Below are positions 21,606-32,248 of a stretch of 37,699 nucleotides of DNA, piece by piece (position 1 is the stretch's first letter; every line of letters begins with the position of its first letter). Below the pieces are notes generated by a model. It was not told the origin of the DNA and made no database searches. It worked only from the letters and a program-made list of their open reading frames with translations. The stretch spans positions 103,539,808 through 103,577,506 of the forward strand of contig NC_068983.1 of NCBI RefSeq assembly GCF_001194135.2, read 5' to 3'. This stretch comes from Octopus bimaculoides. Lineage: Eukaryota. The translations under genes were made by a program, and so were the position numbers.

Positions 21606-22268
21606 NNNNNNNNNNNNNNNNNNNNNNNNNNNNNNNNNNNNNNNNNNNNNNNNNNNNNNNNNNNNNNNNNNNNNNNNNNNNNNNNNNNNNNNNNNNNNNN
21701 NNNNNNNNNNNNNNNNNNNNNNNNNNNNNNNNNNNNNNNNNNNNNNNNNNNNNNNNNNNNNNNNNNNNNNNNNNNNNNNNNNNNNNNNNNNNNNNNNNNN
21801 NNNNNNNNNNNNNNNNNNNNNNNNNNNNNNNNNNNNNNNNNNNNNNNNNNNNNNNNNNNNNNNNNNNNNNNNNNNNNNNNNNNNNNNNNNNNNNNNNNNN
21901 NNNNNNNNNNNNNNNNNNNNNNNNNNNNNNNNNNNNNNNNNNNNNNNNNNNNNNNNNNNNNNNNNNNNNNNNNNNNNNNNNNNNNNNNNNNNNNNNNNNN
22001 NNNNNNNNNNNNNNNNNNNNNNNNNNNNNNNNNNNNNNNNNNNNNNNNNNNNNNNNNNNNNNNNNNNNNNNNNNNNNNNNNNNNNNNNNNNNNNNNNNNN
22101 NNNNNNNNNNNNNNNNNNNNNNNNNNNNNNNNNNNNNNNNNNNNNNNNNNNNNNNNNNNNNNNNNNNNNNNNNNNNNNNNNNNNNNNNNNNNNNNNNNNN
22201 NNNNNNNNNNNNNNNNNNNNNNNNNNNNNNNNNNNNNNNNNNNNNNNNNNNNNNNNNNNNNNNNNNNN

Positions 22269-22305
<37 letters not shown>

Positions 22306-22311
22306 TATATA

Positions 22312-22476
22312 CAACGGGCTTCTTTCAGTTTCCGTCTACCAAATCTACTCACAAGGCTTTGGTCGGCCCCGAGGCTATAATAGAAGACACTTGCCCAAGG
22401 TGCCACGCAGTGGGACTGAACCCAGAACCATGTGGTTGGTAAGCAAGCTACTTACCACACAGCCACTCCTGCACCT
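22312..22476 (-). mobile_element. 5' half (tRNA-like head) of SINE family A
   Basis: Minus strand ggtgcaggagtggctgtgtggtaag...gggttcagtcccactgcgtggcaccttgggcaagtgtcttc with A- and B-box-like motifs; abuts (AT)n at the gap. Confidence 0.9.
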
Positions 22477-22509
22477 ATATATCAATAATTTTAGAAATTT
22501 ATAAAATAA

Positions 22510-22915
22510 ATCCTTTCTACTATAGGTACAAGGCCTGAAGATTGTGAAGAGGTATTTGTTGATTACATCAACTCCAGTGCCTGACTGGTACTTTATTTTA
22601 TCGACCCCAAAAGGATGAAAGGCAAAGTTGACCTGGCAGCATTTGAACTCAGAACGTAAGGACAGACAAAATGCCGCTAAGCATTTTGCCGGGGTGCTAA
22701 TAATTTTGCCAGCTCGCTGCTTTAAAGATTTATATAATAATCCTTTGTAATATGGCACAAGGCCTGAAATTTTGTGAAAGGGTTGAGTTGATTACATTGA
22801 CCCCAGTACACAACTGGTACCTATTTTATTGACCCTGAAAGGATGAAAAGCAAAGTTTACCTCAGTGGCATTTGAACTCAGAATGTAAGAATGGATAAAA
22901 TGCCACTAAGCATTT
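22510..22915 (-). mobile_element. Two tandem CORE-type SINE (family B) copies (~22510-22722 and ~22740-22915)
   Basis: Both contain actggtac..tttatYgacccY.aaaggatgaaaRgcaaagtt.acct...tttgaactcagaa, the reverse complement of 4833-5065. Confidence 0.88.
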
Positions 22916-23540
22916 GAAACGATTTCTAAGATTTATAGACTATTATTCTTTTAGTCTTTTACTGGTTTCAAGGATTTCAGTAAATCCTACCAGCTCCATT
23001 GCTTATTGTAGTCTGGCATTTAGTCATTGAACTTCTAAGTTACAAAATACAAAAGAACACCAAATAAATATAACACCAATTAATCAGTGTAAGCATAAAA
23101 AATGTACATACACACACACACCTACACACATAGATACACACATACACACATATCCACACACATACATACATACATACATACATACATACATGTGCACACA
23201 CATTGTTTGATATTGATGTGTATATAAGCACAAGATACAACTCTTTATTTAAAACTCAATATGATTCATTACACTTGGAAGTTCATCCTATACAGTTGAT
23301 GTAGTGGCTGTGATATCCATAGAATGATTACATAATAAGAGAAAAACAATGAAGGTTTATTCAAACCATCTATCTTACAAAATTGTTTCTGTAGTGAACC
23401 CTTTGTCAGAGAAGAAAACATTGAATAAATGATTAATTTGATGTTACCTTCTCTGCTCTAATGAAATGTTTCACTCCAGAAACTACTGAAAGCAAGTTTG
23501 AATAAACCTCTTTTTTTTTTTGTTTTTCTCTGATTGTATA

Positions 23541-23573
23541 TCCTCCTCCTCCTCCTCCTCCTCCTCCTCCTCC

Positions 23574-23606
<33 letters not shown>

Positions 23607-23858
23607 CCATCACCATCACCAATACCACCACCACCACAACCACCACCGTCATCATCATCTCATCATCATCATCATCATAATCATCATCATCATCATCATC
23701 AGCATCATCATCAGCATCATCATCCTCATCACCACCACCATCACCAACATCACCATCATCATCATCACCAGCGCTGCCGCCGCCACCGCCGCCGCCGCTG
23801 CTGCCACCACCACCACCACCACCATCATCATTATCATCATCATCATCACCATCATCAT
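23541..23858. repeat. Compound trinucleotide array (TCC)n(ATC)n(ACC)n(GCC)n
   Basis: ~320 bp of successive triplet blocks; source of the poly-S/H/D/G/M ORFs. Confidence 0.95.
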
Positions 23859-23892
23859 CTATGTATGTATGTATGTATGCATGCATGCATAC

Positions 23893-24095
23893 TGGTTTCA
23901 GATTTTGGCACAAGGCCAGCAATTTCAGGGGAAGGGTTAAATCAATTGCATTAACCATAGTAATGAACTGGTACTTATTTTATTGACTCTGAAAGGATGA
24001 AAGGCAAAGTTGACCTTGGTGGAATTTGAAATCAGAACATAAAGATGGATGAAACGGCATTAAGCATTTTGCCAGGCATGCTAACAATTCTGCCT
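23893..24095 (-). mobile_element. CORE-type SINE (family B), degenerate
   Basis: ttttggcacaaggccagcaattt...actggtacttattttattgac...gaaaggatgaaaggcaaagttgacc. Confidence 0.85.
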
Positions 24096-24927
24096 TATGC
24101 ATGCATATGTGTTGTTGACATCAAAACAGGAATTAATCTTGTGAGCCGTTATTTGAAGTATTGTTTTATGGGATAAATTCTTTTCTTAAAGACACATGGA
24201 TACAGTACACCTTTTCTAAAACAGGGACTGATATGGTTAATATCTTTATCATCATCATTGTCATAATTATTTTCAAGTCCACTTTTCTGTGTTTGTATCT
24301 GTACTCACTTCTATTTGATTATTGAGTTTCATATATGACTTCATTGATGAATAACTAACAATGAATGCAACTTCATTTTACTTCCTGTAATGAGGCACTG
24401 AAGGCACTGAATGTTTTAACTATAATATTTGAAGCCTTTCTATTGCTAATTTCCATTTCAAAACATTTGTTTAAAATATTTCTAAATAACCAGGAACAAT
24501 TTGTGTTAATGTATAATTACAAACAGTCACAAAAACAATATTTATTTAATAGTTAGTAGAAGTAAAACAAAATGTCAATTTCCTTTAAAATCTTAACATT
24601 CATCTCAATGGGAGCAAGGAGCTCTCGGTATTATTGTTACAATAAGATGAATCCATGGATTGTAATTTAATAGAAGTGTGTTTGGTTCACTTTTTAAAGA
24701 GATGAATAAATGCTAAAATATTGATTTTAAGAAAGAATATTAAATTAAACTGAATATCATAAATTCTGTATGGCAAAGATTTTGTAACAGAGAAAAGTAA
24801 CCTAAGAAAATTTAGAGAAACATCTTCTCCAATGACTGTATCATTAAGAAATCTGATTGTGAATTAGGTGAAACGTTAGTATTATTTGGAACTGGTATAC
24901 ATATTAAAATATAAAGCCTTTTTATAA

Positions 24928-25424
24928 AATAGTAGCTGTGTGGTAAGAAGTTTGCTTCCCAAGTACATGATTCTGGATTCAGTCCCATTGTGTGGCACCT
25001 TGGACAAGTGTCTTCTACTATAGGCTTTAGTTGGCAAAACCTTGTGGGTGGATTTTGATAAACAAAAACTAAAAAAAAAACTCATCAAAGACATTTATGT
25101 ATATATATATATATATATATATATNNNNNNNNNNNNNNNNNNNNNNNNNNNNNNNNNNNNNNNNNNNNNNNNNNNNNNNNNNNNNNNNNNNNNNNNNNNN
25201 NNNNNNNNNNNNNNNNNNNNNNNNNNNNNNNNNNNNNNNNNNNNNNNNNNNNNNNNNNNNNNNNNNNNNNNNNNNNNNNNNNNNNNNNNNNNNNNNNNNN
25301 NNNNNNNNNNNNNNNNNNNNNNNNNNNNNNNNNNNNNNNNNNNNNNNNNNNNNNNNNNNNNNNNNNNNNNNNNNNNNNNNNNNNNNNNNNNNNNNNNNNN
25401 NNNNNNNNNNNNNNNNNNNNNNNN

Positions 25425-25484
<60 letters not shown>

Positions 25485-25640
25485 TGAGTGTGTCTCTTTG
25501 TTCCTCTGTTTGTCCACTAACTGGTGTTGGTGCATTTACATCCCTGTAACTTGGTCTCAGCTTGGATGCTCTTAATATGTCTGTTCTATCATGATTGACT
25601 TGAAGCCAAATCCAATTGATTGGCATGGAGTTACTCAACA
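24928..25640 (+). mobile_element. SINE family A copy whose central microsatellite spans an assembly gap
   Basis: Head gctgtgtggtaagaagtttgcttccc...ggattcagtccc, then (AT)n, gap, (TG)n, then ctggtgttggtgcatttacatccctgtaactt. Confidence 0.75.
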
Positions 25641-25987
25641 ACACATTCCAGTCTTTGATTCACAGACATACTGATTCATTCCTCTGCTACAGAGCTGGCT
25701 GATTTTGTGTTAAATTTATTTAAATCTACCCAGCTCATTTGCCCCCAGTTTTGTCATTCATATTGCTTCTACCTCTCTCCCTAGGCCTTGCACTTACCAC
25801 TATGTCCGATCTCTCTTTTCCTTGAACATTATCCCTTGAAAATTCTCCCCGGGCTTTGTATTTTTTATTTTTTCCAGTTGCTGTCTTAGAATTGTTGAAG
25901 GAAAACATCAGCTGCATCAGCTTCACTTATCTTGGAATGTCTGTGAATGTTATTAGCACAGTCTCTTCTTGCAGACCAACGATTTAG

Positions 25988-26206
25988 CCTTTGGCATTCA
26001 GAGTAATTTGTCAAATGTAATGCTTATTTATTCACATTGTTTTGAATTAATCATGCATTATCTTGTAGCTTTGAAATTTTGATGATGTAATTGTTTATTT
26101 TTAGAACAGCATTGTAGGGTAGATGTGAGAGACTGCATCTGGCCAATTTGAATTTAAAATAGGTAGAATATTGTGGCTGGATATGGCCAGTTCAAATGCT
26201 AAATGG
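25988..26206. mobile_element. piggyBac-type MITE, family 1 (degenerate)
   Basis: TTAG-CCTTTGGCATT ... AATGCTAAATGG-TTAA termini; reverse-complement homolog of 35707-35927. Confidence 0.75.
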
Positions 26207-26306
26207 TTAAGAAAGAACATCAGATGTATTCTTTTATTCACTTTTTTCCTTACACTGGGAATCACAACTAAGTGGACAAAGCATTGGGTCAGTGGTTACA
26301 CCAAGG

Positions 26307-26459
26307 ATCTCAGATGCTAGTAGTGATATACCAAATAAAGGATTGTCAGATCATATCCTATTCTGATCACTCTAGTTACATGAAGTATCTCAGATGCTTA
26401 TAGTGGGAGACTAAATAAAGGATTATCTGATCTTATTCTGTTCCAGATACAGTTACATG
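26307..26459. repeat. 80-bp tandem duplication (2 diverged units)
   Basis: atctcagatgct...acYaaataaaggattRtcWgatc...agttacatg starts at 26307 and again at 26387. Confidence 0.75.
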
Positions 26460-26498
26460 CCTCTGGCAAAAACAGTTAAACCCTTCAATGGCCTAGAT

Positions 26499-26755
26499 AA
26501 GTATTTCTCAACCATTTTTTGCCTATGGGCCCCTTTGATTCCTATTTTACTCAGATGAACCCTCCTAACCATTTGATGTTTAAAAAGATAATAATATTAT
26601 ATTCATATTATTAAATATTATTAGGAAATGGATAAAAAATTGTTGAAATATTTTGTGTATTGTAGAAGAATATTCAATTTATCAAAGATAAATTTTGACA
26701 ACAAAATCTTATATGGACTGCCAAGGGACATATGGATACCAGTTGAGAACCATTG
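26499..26755. mobile_element. hAT (Charlie/Buster-type) MITE
   Basis: 15-bp imperfect TIRs aagtatttctcaacc (26499-26513) and agttgagaaccattg (26741-26755), resembling CAGTGGTTCTCAACC; 8-bp flanks GCCTAGAT/GCCAAGAA (6/8 match, nnnTAnnn on the left). Confidence 0.8.
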
Positions 26756-27162
26756 GCCAAGAATAAACAAACTGCTAATAGATACCATGAAATGGCACAG
26801 ATTACCTCTTCTTACTTCTACAATACTTCATAGCTGATGAGAGGTTTGTTAATTTTCAGTGCTAAACTCAAATCCTTGCATGAACCGAGAGAAGGACCAG
26901 AGTATCATGCAATGAATTATTTCCTAATGCCTTCAACAACCAAATGTGTTCATGGATATTACTCACTTAAGATGTACAGCCATTTTCTTATAGGCTTTTA
27001 TCACAGAAAAACAATGTTATGATGCTAGAATAGAAGGCAGATTGCAATCCAGCATAATTGATATTTCTATCATTGATATAAATCATTCATCAGTTGAGTA
27101 AATTTGGCTTTTTTCAACTGTTGAGCAATTTAAAATAAAATAGTAAAATATGAAATATTGAT

Positions 27163-27372
27163 TTCAAATGTTGGCATAAGGCCAGCAATTTCAGAGGAGG
27201 GAGTAAGTTGATTACATCAACCCCAGTACTCAACTTGCACTTATTTTATTGACCCTCAAAGGATGAAAGGCAAAGTTGACCTTGGCAGAATTTGAATACC
27301 GAACATAAAGACAGATGAAATGCTGCTTAACATTTTACCCAGTATGCTAACAATTTTGCCTGCTCACCACCC
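27163..27372 (-). mobile_element. CORE-type SINE (family B)
   Basis: Same motifs as 23893-24095. Confidence 0.85.
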
Positions 27373-28578
27373 TAGCAAAATATAATATGTTATCATGAAG
27401 AACTGATGCTAAGAAATCCATAATAATAGATTCACAGGAATGTTTAAAAATCCATAATAGAATTTGAACCTTAAATTCTTAATTGCCTTAATTATTTGTC
27501 AGTTTTCCAGTCCTCTTGAATTCAATTTATTATGAAGTACACTGAAACATTAAGAATAGAAAATGCCTCGCTCAAGAACACAGCGCAGTAGATAGGGTGC
27601 AAAACCAGAACACATCTTATCTACATTGATCTTTACAACACTACTCTTTTCATTCATATCTTAGAACATATAACACTATTTATACTCTTAATCTTTAAGT
27701 AAAACATCAGAAAAACTGAATGGAAGTGCAAAGTAGACTAGTGTGCCGTTTCTTTTAAAGAATAAATCATTCAGGCCAACTATTTGGGAGGATAGAGGCA
27801 TCTGTGAAATAAGCAGCAAATTGTACTTTTATCACAACATATGAGTCAGAGTAAATAAAGATATGACATAATCTGTGTTCAAGTAGATCAGCTGGCTAAA
27901 TTAAGGACAATATCAAGTAAGCATGCAGTGTGAAAATACCTTTCCTTCAGTAGCACATTGCATGGATTACTCCAGAATACTGGCAGTGCAAAAAATCACA
28001 TTGCTTAACTGGGTAATGGAAGGGAATGGTGGGTGAAAAGAGATCTGCCAGCCCAAATGGTGAAACTAGAATACAATACTTCGTGATCAACAGTTATAAA
28101 TATTTACAGAAGACCAGACTAAATAGCTGCTAATAGCAGTGGCAGACATCAACAAATTGTAATAACCAACCTATATAAATAGTATCTACATAAATTTACA
28201 ACCAGTATGTATACATATTTACAACCAAACATTGCACACACAATCACTACAAAAAAGCTGCACATTTTTTTATAAATAGTTTCTACAACATTTAAAACTA
28301 GAGGGCTGCACACACAATTACAACTAATAATCAAATATATCAGCAAACATTAGCTGCAGACATTTGTAAAGCATCATTCATTCCAGAATATCAAATAAAA
28401 TATTTTCTGACAGTAATTTCAAGAATACAAGAATAAGTAAAAATGCAAAGAAAAGATCTTTTAAAAATAAATAGCAGGTAGGAAAACATTTAATATTTAC
28501 ATAGATATGTTTTGGCTGAGAATAAAATTTCAGAACAGCAAGTGATCATTTTCTCAATGTCATAGAAGCAAACAGAAA

Positions 28579-28775
28579 TACACACATAAACAATATGTAT
28601 GTCTATACACACTCATAAACAATGTGTATACCCATCCACACACATAATCAACAATATGTATATCCATACACACACATATAAACAATGTGTATACCTATAC
28701 ACTTATATAAACAATGATAAGTATATCTATACACACACATATAAACAAGGTGTATACCTATACACATATATATAT
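28579..28775. repeat. ~28-bp minisatellite, about 7 units
   Basis: Consensus approximately tatacacacacatataaacaatgtgtatacc, repeated with variation. Confidence 0.8.
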
Positions 28776-28934
28776 GATCTGTATAGACACACCCTTCACC
28801 ATCTTCCAGCTTGTTCAAGATCAACTGTTATAACTGAGTGTTGATAAAATATAACTATGTCTATGTTGAATGTAATAGAAATCAATTTATTTTAAACTTG
28901 ATTGAAGAACCTAAAATTTTGAACTTTAGTTTAA

Positions 28935-29181
28935 CTCAATATTTTTGGTAGGTGTATGGGGTGTTGTGTGAATTTAAATTGGACAGACAACTTGTTATAT
29001 GTCATTGTTGCAATTCATTTTTAAAATAATGAAGAACTTAGTAAAATAACTTGCCATTATTAAGTTGGTGCTTGGAGCATAAATTAACATAAAAGCTTGA
29101 AGGTTTTCATTTAGATCACTAAAAATGGCAGCTTGTATTCTAGAATCAAGGGCAATCTTTGACAGGTTAGTATCAAAGGAG
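28935..29181 (+). mobile_element. piggyBac-type MITE, family 2
   Basis: TTAA at 28931-34 and 29182-85; right end gtatcaaaggag-TTAA; homolog of 12440-12660. Confidence 0.6.
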
Positions 29182-29324
29182 TTAACAAAATTAAAATGGT
29201 TTCCAACTTATTAACTTATTAACTTGTTAAACATCATGGTGAAGAAAGAAAAATCATACGGATGCAAAACCTATTTTGCATCCATATAATAAAGTTACAG
29301 AAAGGGTCATAGCTCAATTAATTA

Positions 29325-29585
29325 GGGAGAGAGTTAGTGTAGATGAGATGCAGTCCAGAATTGTGTCAAACAGGAGCATGACTGATGCTATATTCCTGGT
29401 TAAGCAACTGTAGAAGAAATATCTCGTCAAAAATAAACCCCCGTACCTGACTTTTGTCAACATGGAGAAAGCCTTTGACAGAGTTCCTCACTCACTTATC
29501 TGGTGGTCAATGCGAAAGCTAGAAATAGATGAGTGGTTGGTGACAGCTGTACAAATCATGCACAGGGATGTTGTCAGTAAACGAA
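29325..29585 (+). mobile_element. RTE-type LINE reverse transcriptase fragment
   Basis: Translates RVSVDEMQ...RSMTDAIFLVKQL*KKYLVKNKPPYLTFVNMEKAFDRVPHSLIWWSMRKL (the DMQFGF..TDAIF..DLEKAFDRVP region). Confidence 0.88.
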
Positions 29586-29613
29586 AATGAAGTAGATTGA
29601 CAAATTTATTTTT

Positions 29614-29654
29614 TGAACCAGTGGAAGACACGCAAGATGTCGAAATATTGTTCA
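29614..29654 (+). ncRNA. Type-I hammerhead-ribozyme-shaped motif with non-canonical core
   Basis: TGAAC | CAGTGGA A | GACA cgcaaga TGTC | GAAA TAT T | GTTCA: stem I 5 bp, stem II 4 bp, GAAA, palindromic AATATT stem III; core differs from CTGANGA at U4 and A6. Confidence 0.45.
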
Positions 29655-29692
29655 CGAGATAGCAAATGGCACTCTTCTTTTAATTTTGACTC

Positions 29693-29733
<41 letters not shown>

Positions 29734-30084
29734 TTGCTGTGGGGAGGAGGTAGTCAATTACATTGACCCCAGTACTTGACTGGTACTTATTGTATCAACC
29801 TCAAAAGAATGTTTCGTAATATATATATATATTAATGTTTGTTTTTATGTTCAGTTATAACAAAAGCTATTTTACATTAATCTGATGGGTTACTCTATAC
29901 CTTTGTAGAGTAAAAATTTATCATTCTTAAACAAGAATGTTGTTGACAGTAACTTCAAAGTTTCGGCCAACTAAGCCATCATTGGACTGCTGACAATGAT
30001 ATATGTGCGTGTGTGTATGTGCGTGTATGAGTGTGTGTATGTGTGTGTGCATACTCACACACAGACACACACACACACACACAC

Positions 30085-30268
30085 ACCACATTTTGACAAC
30101 AGGTGTTGGTTTGTTTACATCCCTGTAACTAAGCAGTTCAGCAAAACAGACCAGTAGACTAAGTATCAAGTTAAAAAAAAAAGTACTGGTGTCAATTCAT
30201 TCAATTTAGACCCTTCAAGGTGGTGCCCCAGCATGGCCGTGGTCCACTGACTGAAACAAGTAAAAAGG
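30085..30268 (+). mobile_element. 3' half of SINE family A variant after a (TG)n/(CA)n block
   Basis: gacaacaggtgttggtttgtttacatccctgtaact...ttcaaggtggtgccccagcatggccg...gactgaaacaagtaaaa. Confidence 0.8.
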
Positions 30269-30675
30269 AGAAGAAAGAAAGATAATGAACAGAAAATCAC
30301 CATATATTATTTTAGCCACCTTGGACAGAGTGAGTATCTGGTAATTTTTTATTATTTGTTTATCAATAAAATACTCCAATTGCTATTACATACAACAGCT
30401 TGTCTATTGAATGTGTCTTCCATTCTTTTTACTCTTTATAAGCATAACATTTCCACACCCCTATCCAACATAAAGGTAGAGCAGACACACAAACATACGC
30501 AGTATAATACACAATAAAAAGTGAATTCCAATTGGCTCCATTAAAACCAGAGTAACAACGGCAACAAACAAATTCAACCATTCACAAATAACACCTATGA
30601 AAAGTGCCATTATACATCAAAGCACTCAGTGCTACTTACAACACATTTATAATACTTTTAAAATGCATAGTAGGT

Positions 30676-30716
<41 letters not shown>

Positions 30717-31039
30717 NNNNNNNNNNTTTAATCGAAGCAAAGAAGTCAGGTCGTCAGGACATTATTATTATACAAAAATTAGACTAGATTTCATAGTGCA
30801 AATGACGAAATCATTAGACTAGCAGCTGAGAGATTGGCAGCTTGTATCCTGTCACTTCCTCTACATTGTCTGAAGCCAGACACACTTAATGCAAGTCAAT
30901 GGCCTATTTCACTTTGCTCTTAGTATGTATCTCAGTGTTGTATACATTGTCACTGCAAGCAGTGGAAGCACTGTGATATATATCAGTGTTTCATTAGCTT
31001 GCAGCATGTATGAATAAAAGATAGCAAGGAAAAACTCAC

Positions 31040-31107
31040 AGCAGTGAATTTCTTCATGCAAGTGCAAAGCTTCCTCCAGGAGATACAGAGAATTGCAAAG
31101 AGCTTGT
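31040..31107 (-). CDS. Candidate 68-nt exon (QALCNSLYLLEEALHLHEEIHC or KLFAILCISWRKLCTCMKKFTA)
   Basis: Acceptor ttttattgcaacaatctgcag| and strong donor GCT|GTGAGT; two frames open. May be non-coding or chance. Confidence 0.2.
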
Positions 31108-31234
31108 CTGCAGATTGTTGCAATAAAAAGGTGGCTAAACCCTAACCTCAAAGGCCAGATTAGGGTTTGGATGTAAGGTTAGTGGTCCTGGCATTTAAAA
31201 GTATTTCTTGCTATGAAGATATCAATGAATAGGG

Positions 31235-31350
31235 ACAGGCATGGCTAAGTGGTTAAGAAACTCACTTTCATTCAGATACTCTCAGGTTTGATTCCACTCA
31301 TAACATTTTAAACAAGAGTCTTCTGCTATGGCCTTGGGCTTGCCAGCTGG
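31235..31350 (+). mobile_element. Degenerate SINE family A tRNA-like head
   Basis: ggcatggctaagtggttaagaa...caggtttgattccac...caagagtcttctgctatggcc. Confidence 0.55.
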
Positions 31351-31368
31351 GAGGCTGTAAAAGCTCAT

Positions 31369-31632
31369 TCATCATCATCATCATTTAATGTCCACTTTCC
31401 ATGCTAGCATGGGTTGGACGATTTGACTGAGGACTGGCGAAACAGATGGCTGCACCAGGCTCCAATCTGATCTGGCAGAGTTTCTACAGTTGGATGCCCT
31501 TCCTAATGCCAACCATTCCAAGAGTGTAGTGGGTGCTTTTATGTGCCAATGGCACGAGGTAGTGGCAACGGCCAAGCTCAAGTGGTGTTTTTTATATGCC
31601 ACCTGCACAGGAGCCAGTCCAGTGGCACTGGC
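31369..31632 (-). mobile_element. RTE 3' UTR copy with (CAT)n tail
   Basis: Near-identical to 5621-5836. Confidence 0.85.
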
Positions 31633-31654
31633 TCCTCTGTGTGTGTGTGTGTGT

Positions 31655-31820
31655 GTATAGTTCAAATTTATGGAAAAGCAAAGAAGACAGGTGTAGGAAC
31701 AACAAGCAAGTGTATTAGTTTGATGCTCGGGAAAAATGGAAAAGTCTTTTACATTTCAAGCCTACTCTTTTTGACAGAAAGGATTAAGAAGAAATAAATA
31801 GAGAGAGAATGAAAAAAAAT
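31655..31820 (-). mobile_element. Isolated Penelope-type terminal-repeat fragment
   Basis: Reverse-complement homolog of ~34940-35075 (cctttctgt..aagagcgtaggctc-gaaa...actaataca...acctgtcttc). Confidence 0.7.
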
Positions 31821-31837
31821 GTTTGGGTTCTTTTATT

Positions 31838-32205
31838 CTTTCTTTTACTTGTTTCAGTCATTTGATTGCAGCCATACTGGAGCACCACCTTAAAGGATTT
31901 TAGTTGAACAAATCAGCCCCAGGACTTATTCTTTGTAAGCCTAATACTTATTCTATAGGTCTCTTTTGCCAAACTGCTTAGTGACAGTGATGTAAACACA
32001 CAAACATCGGTTGACAAGCAATTGTGGTGGTGGTGGCAGGTTCAAACACAGACACAAACACAAATATATACAACAAACTTCTCTCAATTTCCATCAATTA
32101 AATCCACTCATAAGGCTTTGGTTGGCACAAAGCTATAGTAGAAGACACTTGCCCAAGATGTCATGCAGTGAGACTGAACCCAGAACCATGTGGTTGGGAA
32201 CAAGC
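31838..32205 (-). mobile_element. Near full-length degenerate SINE family A
   Basis: Both tail (ttacttgtttcagtcatttg) and head (gaagacacttgcccaag...gactgaacccagaaccatgtggttggg) present. Confidence 0.88.
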
Positions 32206-32248
32206 AATACATATATATAATGTTATATATATATATATTGTTATACTT

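Noticed and set aside
28579-28775. Regularly spaced repeats that could suggest a CRISPR array (also 11732-11792 and 7190-7280)
   Set aside because: No unique spacers, low complexity, eukaryotic context, no cas genes.
30909-31151. 80-aa ORF with a C-terminal hydrophobic stretch
   Set aside because: Non-ATG start and no recognisable homology; only the internal splice-bounded 68 nt is kept as a weak candidate.
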